64,000 bases of DNA from Candidatus Bathyarchaeota archaeon (GTDB lineage: Archaea; Thermoproteota; Bathyarchaeia; 40CM-2-53-6): assembly GCA_963726255.1 (NCBI GenBank), contig CAVSBL010000002.1:1600001-1664000 (forward strand), read 5' to 3'. The position numbers and the translations under genes were made by a program. This document shows, one piece after another, positions 19,499 through 28,866 of this stretch; within the stretch, counting starts at the first letter, position 1, and every line of letters starts with the position of its first letter. Below the pieces are notes generated by a model, which made no database searches, was not told where the DNA came from, and saw only the letters and a program-made list of their open reading frames with translations.

Positions 19499-20360
19499 TT
19501 AGACTCCAGCAAGCGTGACCAAAAGGTCTGTGATGAAACCGGCGAATATGCCAAAGAAGAAACCCGTCATCAAAATATCGTTCGCTGCTTGCCTTCTACC
19601 AGCGTTGTACATCAGCATCGTTACGTAGACTAGTGCACCTCCAGCAACACTAAGGAAGAAGATGTATGCGACGGCTGAGGACCAGAGGCTACCGAGCGCG
19701 GTTCCGATGAATGTTGGCCCTCCCCCAACCAAACCAGCGAGAACGAGAAAACGAAGACTCGGCCTCTTTGTTAGGTCCGTTAGGGGAGCTGCAATGCCGA
19801 ACCCCTCCGTTGCATTATGCGCGGCGAACCCTACTACCAGAACAAGTGCAAGTCCTATTGCTCCCTGCGTGTATGATTCGCCGATTGCTAGTCCTTCGCT
19901 GAAATTGTGGGCTCCGATACCTATGGCAATCATCATGGATAGTCGGTAACTGTCAACCTGTTGGACCAGTTGTAATTCCTGCTTTTCTAGGGCATGGTCT
20001 CCGTTTCGTGATGTTGCACCGTTCAACGGGGATTGGACAAAGCTTTGCTTCATGTAACGGGTTCCGTAGAACGTGAGTCCTAGGAGCCCGACTGCCAATC
20101 CGCCGAACATAGCGAGAAGAGATAGCGCAGCATTCGCAGCGGGACCCGAGCCGGTGAAGGCGCTCGTGGTTACTTCTTCCGGACTGCCAAGCGTGACTTA
20201 AGACATCCACTGTGAGAAATATCAGAATACCAGTCGCGACAGCGTTCAGGAACCCCTTCTTCTTCTGGCTCATGCCCCCGATCGCGGCGAGTGGCAATCC
20301 CAGAAAAATCGTCAGGCCAGCGAACGCACCAAGTAGGAGAACTTCAGGATAGCTGACCAA
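19499..20360 (-). CDS. ZIP family metal transporter, split by a frameshift near 20180
   Basis: N-half (LGAFAGLTIFLG...) and C-half (HNFSEG, HNATEG) lie in different frames and join at TCC-G-GAA. Confidence 0.85.
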
Positions 20361-20445
20361 TGTAGGGTGTCACGCAACGCAACATGACATACGGCATACT
20401 TAAGCTTCTTCACACTAGTCTAATCGGCGAAGTTAGCAAATCGTT

Positions 20446-22704
20446 CTAGGCTCCAGATCGTGGTTTGTACTTTGAAGTGAGCACTCGCCTAATCTCCTCT
20501 GAGATCTTCTCCCCAATTCCCGTCACTGACATTAGCTCCTCTCGCGAAGCTTGGAATACGCGCTCGACGCTCTGAAACGAGTTGAGCAGTTTCTCCGCCC
20601 GGCTACGGTCGATATTTGGCAAGCTAGCTACGATGAATTCCTGTTGCTCTTCGATAGTTGACGGCTTAGCCGCCGTCATTATCCGTGGGGTACGTTTATC
20701 CTGAATCTGCTCGCGCCTAGCTATCGCGAACATTAGTTGAGCCGCCTCAGAAGGCTTCTGAGCCCAAACAATGGGAATTCCATAGTCTATCAGGAGGCTG
20801 GCGTATGCGCCCATCATTGCTTCAGGCCGTACACGGCCTGACCCCGCTAGCGTCGCGCCTTCCACAACGATGATTGGTTTCGCGTAGGATTCCTTGAGTT
20901 TTGCTGCCTGCTGGAACAGCCTCCCGTCAATTATTGATGACGCGAAGTCGTCCACATCTTTCCGTTCCACCACAACGCGGTCCGAGAGAACAAAGTCGCC
21001 TACATCTAACGTCTGGGATTTTATGAGCGCACCTAGTTTTGCTAATTCTCTTGTCACTAGAGCGCCGAGCTCCCTAGAGTCGGCCACGATTGTTATTTCT
21101 TCCAATTTCCTTTCCTTCTCATTTGTTGAGATGTATTTCTCCATTCTTACTTGGTCCGGGGCGTACTCCTTTTGGGTACTGATGAACTGCCTTATCGCAG
21201 AGGCCATCTGGCGTTCTCTCCGCTGCGATATCCAATAATAGGCTTCATCGCGAGTGCCTTTCGCTATCAGAATTATTGCTTCACCAGGACCTTTTCGTCC
21301 GGTTCTTCCCCGGCGCTGGATGTAGCGTATTGCGCTTGGGACAGTGTCATAGAAGACGACCTCATCGCACTCCACTATGTCGAGGCCCTCCTCACCAATT
21401 TGGGTTGCAACAAGAACATTGAATGCGCCAGACCTGAAATCGTCGAGTATCGCACCTTGTTTCTTCTGAGTTAGGCCGCGATCCCTTGTGCGCGACGCTT
21501 GCCCGACAAGGCGTACCGCGGATACGCCTTCAACTTTGTTTAGAAGTTCAACAAGCCTTGAAGCTGTCGTTCGGTAATTAGTGAACACCATGATGCGGCG
21601 TGCTCCCCTACCGAGGGCCGCACGTATTGCTTTGATTAGCTCGGTCACTTTTGGGTGGTCGGCTTCTTTCGCCACCACATCGTTAACGATTGTAGCTACT
21701 CGCTTTATCCTGGAGTCGTCAAGAATCATCTTCAGCGCTGGAGAGGACCGTTTCCTGGATTTCTCCTGAAGCCCATCCAAATGTTCCTTTACTGCTGGAA
21801 AACCTTGCGTCTCAAGAAATTCAATTGCTCGAATTGCATTTACCGCCGCATAGACATAACCGAGGTAGGCTTTGGCGTCCCTATTACCCCTCGCAACATC
21901 TCCCAGTATCCTCTCCCTCGCAGCAAGGACGTCTCGTAAGCGAATCCTGTCCATAGCCGCCGTTTCAAGATAACCGTGGTCCCGAATTGACCGCAATTTG
22001 TCCCGCAAAAAGGCCTCCAGTTCTCGCTTAACTTCGTAGAATATTCGCGGAAGATCAACGGTAACCCACTTCACCTCTATTCCGCCAACGTACGACCTAA
22101 CGTCTTCACTTTCGATGGTCCGTGCTTCGACCCATTCCATGTGAAGGTTCTTGCAAATTTCGCGAACATCAGCTTCGCTAGAGCCTGGCGATGCAGTTAG
22201 TCCAAGTATGAGGCTGTCGTTGGTTCCCGCGTATCGATCCGCGATGAATCCGTATGGGTAATCGCCGACTCCTCTGTGCGCCTCGTCGAAGATTATCAAT
22301 GAGAGATTGTCGAGTGGAATTTTCCCTGTGAGAAGGTCGTTCATGAAGACCTGTGGAGTACAGAATATCACACGTTTTTTCCAATCATTCACTCTTTCGC
22401 CTGGCGCAACTTCACCTGTGAGCCAGACCGTCGATTGCGCGTCGATGTTGAGGAGCTTCTGAAAGGTCCGGTAATGTTGTAATACGAGAGGCTTTGTTGG
22501 AGCCAACATTACAACCCCTTTGTTTGGAAAACGCTTGAGTCTTTCAGCTGCCACGTAAGCTGCGACAACCGACTTCCCGAGCCCCGTTGGCAAGCAAACT
22601 AGAGTGTTCATGTGAAGGGCAGTGCGTGCTATAGCTTCCTGGTAGCTACGCCGGTCAATCGAGTCGAGTCTCAGTAAAGAATTGGAACTGAAGTCTAGAG
22701 GCAT
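20446..22704 (-). CDS. hef: Hef helicase/nuclease (FANCM-like SF2 helicase + ERCC4 nuclease + HhH)
   Basis: PTGLGKS, DEAH, TAS, QRRGRTGR; nuclease GDF...ERKDVDDF; HhH VTGIGEK. Confidence 0.94.
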   Translation of the reverse strand: MPLDFSSNSLLRLDSIDRRSYQEAIARTALHMNTLVCLPTGLGKSVVAAYVAAERLKRFPNKGVVMLAPTKPLVLQHYRTFQKLLNIDAQSTVWLTGEVAPGERVNDWKKRVIFCTPQVFMNDLLTGKIPLDNLSLIIFDEAHRGVGDYPYGFIADRYAGTNDSLILGLTASPGSSEADVREICKNLHMEWVEARTIESEDVRSYVGGIEVKWVTVDLPRIFYEVKRELEAFLRDKLRSIRDHGYLETAAMDRIRLRDVLAARERILGDVARGNRDAKAYLGYVYAAVNAIRAIEFLETQGFPAVKEHLDGLQEKSRKRSSPALKMILDDSRIKRVATIVNDVVAKEADHPKVTELIKAIRAALGRGARRIMVFTNYRTTASRLVELLNKVEGVSAVRLVGQASRTRDRGLTQKKQGAILDDFRSGAFNVLVATQIGEEGLDIVECDEVVFYDTVPSAIRYIQRRGRTGRKGPGEAIILIAKGTRDEAYYWISQRRERQMASAIRQFISTQKEYAPDQVRMEKYISTNEKERKLEEITIVADSRELGALVTRELAKLGALIKSQTLDVGDFVLSDRVVVERKDVDDFASSIIDGRLFQQAAKLKESYAKPIIVVEGATLAGSGRVRPEAMMGAYASLLIDYGIPIVWAQKPSEAAQLMFAIARREQIQDKRTPRIMTAAKPSTIEEQQEFIVASLPNIDRSRAEKLLNSFQSVERVFQASREELMSVTGIGEKISEEIRRVLTSKYKPRSGA

Positions 22705-22833
22705 GTACTGTGCGCCCTACCCGCTGGGCTTAGTATGAAACCTATTGAGGGGCGTATAAGTCACGGGGTGGAACCCGTGTTCGACTAACGCAACCGAGCC
22801 CTTAGGGCGGAGCCGTTGCCAAGCAAATGTGGC

Positions 22834-23721
22834 CTAAGTTTGTTTCGCGCCGCATGCGCCACAGAACTTCGCGGACGCCGGAAGCTCGGCCCCACAACTC
22901 ATGCAGAACCTTTTGACCTCCGCGGGAGGCGGCGGTGTGGGAACTGGTGCAGCGGCACCACAGGTTGGGCAGAATTTATGTTGTGGTTGAAGTGGAGTTC
23001 CGCACGAAGCGCAAACTAAACCACTAACGGCGCTTGGTTGAACTCGCAGCTCTTGCGGAGCCCCGTCATTATAGAGCAACCCAAGCGACCTGAAGATGAA
23101 GACACTTAGGATGGGTGAGATTACGGCGGAAATTACCCAGCCTACGTAAGGTATCAACCCAGCTACCCCACCCAACACTATGGTGATAATGACCAGTACC
23201 ACTATCCATCCGATGTACTTTCTCCAACCGATACTACGAATAATGCCGAGTATTTCGCCGAAAGCGAAGGCTTTCCCGAATTTCCCGGTCTTCAACATGT
23301 GAGCCATACCGACAGCGAGCAAAATCAATAGAATGATTCCTGACAGAACACCGACTAACAATAAGATCGCGCCAGCTCCACCAAGCATCACACTCGGGAC
23401 GACTACACTACCCTGCATCGAGAGCAAACCAGCAAATAGCGAAGCTCCACCCGTCGCGATAAGGATTATTGGAATCAACATGTAGATCAGCGATGCGAAG
23501 AAGACCTTCGCACCGTCGACGAACATTTCGCCGTACCTTTCGAGTTTCGGCGGCACTTCAGTGCCTGGGGATTCCCTTAGCACTCTAGCGGCATACCCAA
23601 CCACGATCCAGTTGACAATGGGTATAATGTCGAGTACTATGAGGATTATGAGCCTGCCGCCATCGCTCAGCAGTCTCTTCGCGAATTCGAAGCTGTTTCT
23701 CAGATTTTCGGTAAGGTTCAA
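22834..23721 (-). CDS. DUF4013-like membrane protein with C-terminal double zinc ribbon
   Basis: IIPIVNWIVVGY and AFAFGEI motifs; four CxxC pairs at the C-terminus. Confidence 0.8.
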   Translation of the reverse strand: MNLTENLRNSFEFAKRLLSDGGRLIILIVLDIIPIVNWIVVGYAARVLRESPGTEVPPKLERYGEMFVDGAKVFFASLIYMLIPIILIATGGASLFAGLLSMQGSVVVPSVMLGGAGAILLLVGVLSGIILLILLAVGMAHMLKTGKFGKAFAFGEILGIIRSIGWRKYIGWIVVLVIITIVLGGVAGLIPYVGWVISAVISPILSVFIFRSLGLLYNDGAPQELRVQPSAVSGLVCASCGTPLQPQHKFCPTCGAAAPVPTPPPPAEVKRFCMSCGAELPASAKFCGACGAKQT

Positions 23722-23753
23722 TCTAATGCACCTTCATGAAGAATCGTTTGCTG

Positions 23754-24446
23754 TTACCTACCCTTACCAGAGTAGAGTATTCCAAGCGACCTAAAGAAGA
23801 AAACTGCAACGGCGGGTGAGATGATTGCTCCGATTAGCCACCCCACCAAGGGGATTACCGTAGTTAGGGCGCTGACTAGGGCCGCTATGATGGCCACAAG
23901 AATAACCCAGGCTAGGTATTTACCCCACCCAATTCCGCGAACCACGCCCAAGATCTCTCCGAACGCGAATGCTTTGCCAAATTTCCCCTTCTTGATCATG
24001 TGAGCAATAGCCGCGCCCAGTACAATTAGTGCCAAGAAAGCGAGGATCACTCCCACTACTAGCAGGGCGATCCCTGTGCCACCGAGAACGAACATTCCAC
24101 CCGCTTCCGCGGGGCCCGCCGTCCCAGAGAACATGCTACCCCCCATAAACATCCCTGAGAGAAAAGAAGCGATGCCCACTCCAATCAGGAGCAGAGGAAC
24201 GATCATGTAGATGAGCGAAACGAAGAAGATCTTGGCGCCTTCAATGAAGAGGTCTCCGTAGTCTTCAAGCTTGGGGGGGATCTTACCTCCAGGAGCCTCC
24301 TTTAACACTCTAGAGGCGTAGCCGACGACAATCCAATTGACTATTGGGATTATGTCTAATATGATCAGGATTAGCAGTCTACCTCCGTCGCTGAACAATT
24401 TCTTGGCGTAATCGAAACTGTTACTGAAATTATCACCGATGTCCAT
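23754..24446 (-). CDS. DUF4013-like membrane protein (paralog of neighbour)
   Basis: Same motifs as 22834-23721, without the zinc ribbon. Confidence 0.8.
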   Translation of the reverse strand: MDIGDNFSNSFDYAKKLFSDGGRLLILIILDIIPIVNWIVVGYASRVLKEAPGGKIPPKLEDYGDLFIEGAKIFFVSLIYMIVPLLLIGVGIASFLSGMFMGGSMFSGTAGPAEAGGMFVLGGTGIALLVVGVILAFLALIVLGAAIAHMIKKGKFGKAFAFGEILGVVRGIGWGKYLAWVILVAIIAALVSALTTVIPLVGWLIGAIISPAVAVFFFRSLGILYSGKGR

Positions 24447-24541
24447 TAGAGTGCACTTGTGAGAGAAGCGCCGTCAGAACATATAAAATGGTACGAAAGT
24501 CAACCTCCAACGGCATGGTGTTCTTCTTTGGACGATCGAGA

Positions 24542-24928
24542 TTACTCAGAGCTCTGATTCCTGAGCCGCCTCAACTTCTCTATTGCGCCCAGCCAAATAG
24601 CCAGGGCGTTACCGTAGGCAACTAACTTCTCTAGGTCCGTCTCATTTTTCATCGCCATATTGACCTCACGAATTTTGGATAACAAGGTCTGTTCGGAGTC
24701 TTCGAGAACATTGTCGGCCATTAATCGTGTCTCTTGTTCAGCCGACTCGATGATTACCACTAGTTTGTTGCATTTCGGGCAGAAGGTTTCCTTGCCCTTC
24801 CGAAATAGTGGAGTTCCGCACTCGGGGCAAGTCTCGGATAGCATTGTCGCCCCTGACTTGAGGAGTTCAGCCATCTTCTTGACTTCGATGCTCACGGCCG
24901 TAGACCATGGAAGAGTATGGTAAACCAC
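24542..24928 (-). CDS. UPF0148 / Sjogren-scleroderma autoantigen 1 family zinc-ribbon protein (start uncertain)
   Basis: KKMAELLKSGATMLSETCPECGTPLF...FCPKC. Confidence 0.88.
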   Translation of the reverse strand: MVYHTLPWSTAVSIEVKKMAELLKSGATMLSETCPECGTPLFRKGKETFCPKCNKLVVIIESAEQETRLMADNVLEDSEQTLLSKIREVNMAMKNETDLEKLVAYGNALAIWLGAIEKLRRLRNQSSE

Positions 24929-25053
24929 TATTACACCTTGTTGGCGACTAAGAGAGATCGGTACAAGGGCGAACTGCTCGTTGAGAAAGACTTTAGATAT
25001 TGCCTTCGAATGAGTCTGATTGAAAGGTCGCCTGTCATGCGGGGTGGTCCGCT

Positions 25054-25335
25054 ATGTCAACTAAGGTCAAACGCAAAGAAGAATACGAGGGCCGAATTAA
25101 GCAGGCGCTGGGTGTTCTAAACGAGGTTTCTAACGATAATACGACCCCTCGCAATATCCGCCGTGCGGCAAAGAGTGCGATGGATATGCTTCAGCTTGGG
25201 GACCTGAGTATAGGCGTTCGCGCAGCGAACGCAATTTCCATTTTGGATGATATAAGCCAGGACCCGAACATGCCGCCTTATACACGCGTGAAAATCTGGA
25301 ATTCCGTAAGCCTGCTTGAAGCCATTAAAGACTAG
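25054..25335 (+). CDS. UPF0147 family protein
   Basis: DNTTPRNIRRAA and ISQDPNMPPYTRVKIW motifs. Confidence 0.92.
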   Translation: MSTKVKRKEEYEGRIKQALGVLNEVSNDNTTPRNIRRAAKSAMDMLQLGDLSIGVRAANAISILDDISQDPNMPPYTRVKIWNSVSLLEAIKD

Positions 25336-25416
25336 GAAATCTTTGGTGATTGCTGGCGCTTATTCGCGCCTCGTTTATTTAAGCCGCCGTGAACAAATTC
25401 CCAGGTTGATTTTGTC

Positions 25417-26411
25417 TTGGACGCCGCTGTCCAAACCCTCGACATTACGAAGCGTTTCGGAGACCTTACGGCAGTCGATAGAATCAACTTGACTATTGAT
25501 TCGAAGGAAATATTCGGTCTACTGGGTCCGAACGGAGCTGGTAAAACAACGCTCATCCGTATGCTCACAACTGTGCTTCAACCTACGGAGGGCACGGCCA
25601 AGATTGCAGGGTTTGACATTCGCAAGAATCCGGACGAAGTTCGGAAGAGCATAGGTGTAGTCTCTCAAGCGATGACATTGGATGTTGAATTGACGGCCTG
25701 GGAAAATATGGAACTCTATGCAAAATATTACGGGGTTCCAAGCCAAACCAGGAAGAAGCGAATCAAAGAGCTTCTTGGCGTCGTGGGCTTAGCTGACCGT
25801 TCCGATTTCACCGCGGAAGCTACTCTGGAGGTATGAAGAGGCGCCTGGAGCTGGTGAGGTCGCTTGTTCACAGACCTAAGGTTCTATTCTTGGACGAACC
25901 AACCACAGGCCTCGACCCGCAAGCACGAAGTGCAGTTTGGGAGTACCTGGCGAAAATCCACAAGGAACAGAATATCACGATAGTGCTTACGACGCATTAC
26001 CTCGACGAAGCCGAGGCGCTGTGCGATAGGGTCGCAATTGTCGATTATGGAAAAATGATGGCGCTGGGAACGCCTGCGGAATTGAAGCGGAAGGTAATGG
26101 GAGGCGATGTCGTGGAGGCTGAGTTCGCAGATTTGCCGAATTCGGCCTTCGAAGCACTGACTAATGCGAAGTTCGCTTTACAGGTAAAGAAACACGAGCA
26201 AACCCTGACAATCCTCGTAAAGAGTGGGGCAGAAGCCGTCCCGAGGATCGTTGAGCTTGTTAACGAGAACGGCGGCAAAATTCGTACCGTCACGTTACGT
26301 GAGCCCACGCTGGATGATGTGTTTCTCCACTTCACTGGGCGAAGCATTCGAGAAGACACGGCCATCACCAAGAAGAGATTCGTTAGTGCTTGGGAGGGTA
26401 TGAGACGATGA
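25417..26411 (+). CDS. ABC-2 (DrrA-like) ATP-binding protein, frameshift at about 25815
   Basis: Walker A GPNGAGKTT in ORF 25417; signature YSGGMKRR and Walker B LFLDEP in a different frame. Confidence 0.9.
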
Positions 26412-27543
26412 GGGGTGCGCTATGGGTATGTGAGCGCGATATTCGAAAATTCTTGAGACAACCTACCGTCATGCTCGCGGCAATAATCGGACCGTTCCTA
26501 ACCCTCATACTGCTCGGTTATGCTTTCGGGGGCGCCATAACACACGTTCCCGTCGGAGTAGTTCGAGAGAGCGTCGGGCCGGTCTCCTCCGATTTCATCG
26601 ACAACGTGCGGGGAGAACAAAACTGTGCTTTTGGAGGCGTGAACTGCGGCACTGCCTTTGTTCTAACGGACGTTTCGGATCTGGATAACGCGCAAGCCAT
26701 GCTGAGAAGAGGACTGATAAAAGCGATAATTTACATTCCAATGGATTTTGACAATTCAATCCGCAATTCGAATTCGCCCACCGTTACCGTCTATCTGGAT
26801 AACACAGACCCACTTAGCGCGGCAGCGATCTCTGGGCTTTTGGCCCAAGCAGGGCGCCAAGTTTCAGCTCAGATACAGGTTAACTCGCCCGCCGACCCAA
26901 CAGTTTACGTCGACCTGGCGAACATGTATCGGAACACTTTGTATATCGAATTCATGGCTCCCGGGTCGCTTATCCAATCCATCATGTTCGCGTCGATTAT
27001 CGGCGGCGGAATCTCAATTCTCTTCGATAAGCAGAGAGGGGTCATAGAAGGCTACCTCGTCACACCTTTGAAACAATATGAGATAGTCGTTGGCGTCCTC
27101 CTCGCAGGCGTTATCAAGGCGATGTTCTCGGCTATCACAATGTTCGTGTTGGCGGTTTTGTTTGCAGGGGTTCGGCCCGTGACCAACCTTTTTGGTTACG
27201 TGTTAATTTTCTTTACACTCTTTCTAACTGCGCTAGGCATAATCTCGATGATGACCGCCTATGCAGTCCGAGCCCCGCGCCGGAAGTGTATCAATTCACT
27301 GCCTTTCCGATTAACCTAATTCTGTACTTCACCAGTGGCGCTGTATACCCGATTCAAGGCTTTCCCAGCTGGATGAGAAGCATCGCATTACTGAATCCTG
27401 AAGCTTACGCAATTGACGCTCTTCGATCCGTTATGTACAAAGGAGCTGGCCTACCTGCGGTTATCGGTGATTTTGCATTCCTCGCGGTTTTCACTGGACT
27501 GATGGTACTCCTAGCGACTGCAGCTTTCAAGCGGACCCTTTGA
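26408..27543 (+). CDS. ABC-2 permease, frameshift at about 27275
   Basis: ATGA overlap with the ATPase. The C-terminal SGAVYPI...NPEAYAIDALR is in a different frame (27286-27543). Confidence 0.88.
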
Positions 27544-27596
27544 AGCGCAACCTTAAATCCCGTGTACTCGAAACTTCCCAAAGGATTCGAAAGTGT

Positions 27597-28865
27597 ATGC
27601 CAGCCTTGAAGGTTCGGAATGCAGCAATAGTAGCCGTCGCAATTCTGCTCGCCATCAGTGTTTCCGCACGGTATGTTGTTCCTCCTGTCAATGCAATTGG
27701 ACTAGCTAATGTTGTTGTAACAAGTGTTTACTGGGGCACCAACCCAATGGATCCGACTACTGCTCATCCCGGGGACGTCAACACTCAACTTTCCATCATA
27801 ATAACCAATGTGGGTGATGATGTAGCACGTGGAGTCAATGCCACTCTCTTAATCGGGCCACCATTGACGTATACCTACTATGTGGGTGACGCTCAGTATA
27901 ACCCGAGTTCAACATCGAAAGCAGCTGGCGACATGGCAGCTGGAGCAAGTTTCACGGTTGCCTATACGGTCAGCGTGGATCCGAATGCGAAACAAGGAAT
28001 CTACCGATACGACCTCCAAGTCTCATACAAATCTGCTCGCGAACTTCAGCAAATCAACCAAGGCCTAGCGGTGGATGTCCCGCTGTGGAATGGGGAACTC
28101 CACATTCAGAACGTTGTTACAGTTCCAACGAAGGTCTACCCTGATAGCAAACAAGTCGCCCTCAAAGTCTTCATTGTGAATTCGGGTAGGGGCGAAGCCA
28201 AAGACCTGCAACTCCGATTAGGCCTATCGCCTCCGTTCACAGCATCCTCAAGCGGCTCTGACAGCATATACGTGGGCAACATACCGTCTGGACAGACAGC
28301 GGAAGCTGACTTCGTTGTTGACGTGGCGACTAATGCGCAGTTTGGCCAGTATGAAGTAGTGTTGGGGAAACAGGTTGGTAATGACCTGATCCCGATCGGA
28401 CAGGTGCCGGTGTATTTGGCTGAGAAAGTGAATTTCGACATTGTAAGCGTCACACCGGCTGCAGTACACGCGGGAGACTCGGGCGATGTGATTAGGGTTG
28501 AGATAAAGAATGCAGGGTCCGTGAAGGCGGACTCTGTTAGAGTAGAAATGCGAGTTGGCAACTTCTTCACAGGGACACTAACTGATTTCCTAGGTACGAT
28601 GCTTGCGGGAGAGACCAAAGTCGCATTCTTCACAGTAGACATTGACAGCAAGGCTCAGCCGGGGCAGTATGCTTTGGACCTGAGGTTTGATTGGACACAG
28701 GATAACAACTCCCTCGACAATACTCAAAGCATCACCTTGACAGTTACGTCACCCGGAGTACCCACCGCCCTGATCATCGTGGCCGTGATTGTAATCGCTG
28801 GCGCCGGGGGTTACTTCTTCCTCCGAAAGCGCAGAATGAAAGCAGCAGGGTCTACGAAGAAATGA
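27597..28865 (+). CDS. COG1361-type S-layer/CARDB-like Ig-repeat surface protein
   Basis: Signal peptide; three repeated Ig-like modules (I.NxG...A); C-terminal TM followed by RKRR; ATG 27597 preferred as start. Confidence 0.8.
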   Translation: MPALKVRNAAIVAVAILLAISVSARYVVPPVNAIGLANVVVTSVYWGTNPMDPTTAHPGDVNTQLSIIITNVGDDVARGVNATLLIGPPLTYTYYVGDAQYNPSSTSKAAGDMAAGASFTVAYTVSVDPNAKQGIYRYDLQVSYKSARELQQINQGLAVDVPLWNGELHIQNVVTVPTKVYPDSKQVALKVFIVNSGRGEAKDLQLRLGLSPPFTASSSGSDSIYVGNIPSGQTAEADFVVDVATNAQFGQYEVVLGKQVGNDLIPIGQVPVYLAEKVNFDIVSVTPAAVHAGDSGDVIRVEIKNAGSVKADSVRVEMRVGNFFTGTLTDFLGTMLAGETKVAFFTVDIDSKAQPGQYALDLRFDWTQDNNSLDNTQSITLTVTSPGVPTALIIVAVIVIAGAGGYFFLRKRRMKAAGSTKK

Positions 28866-28866
28866 A

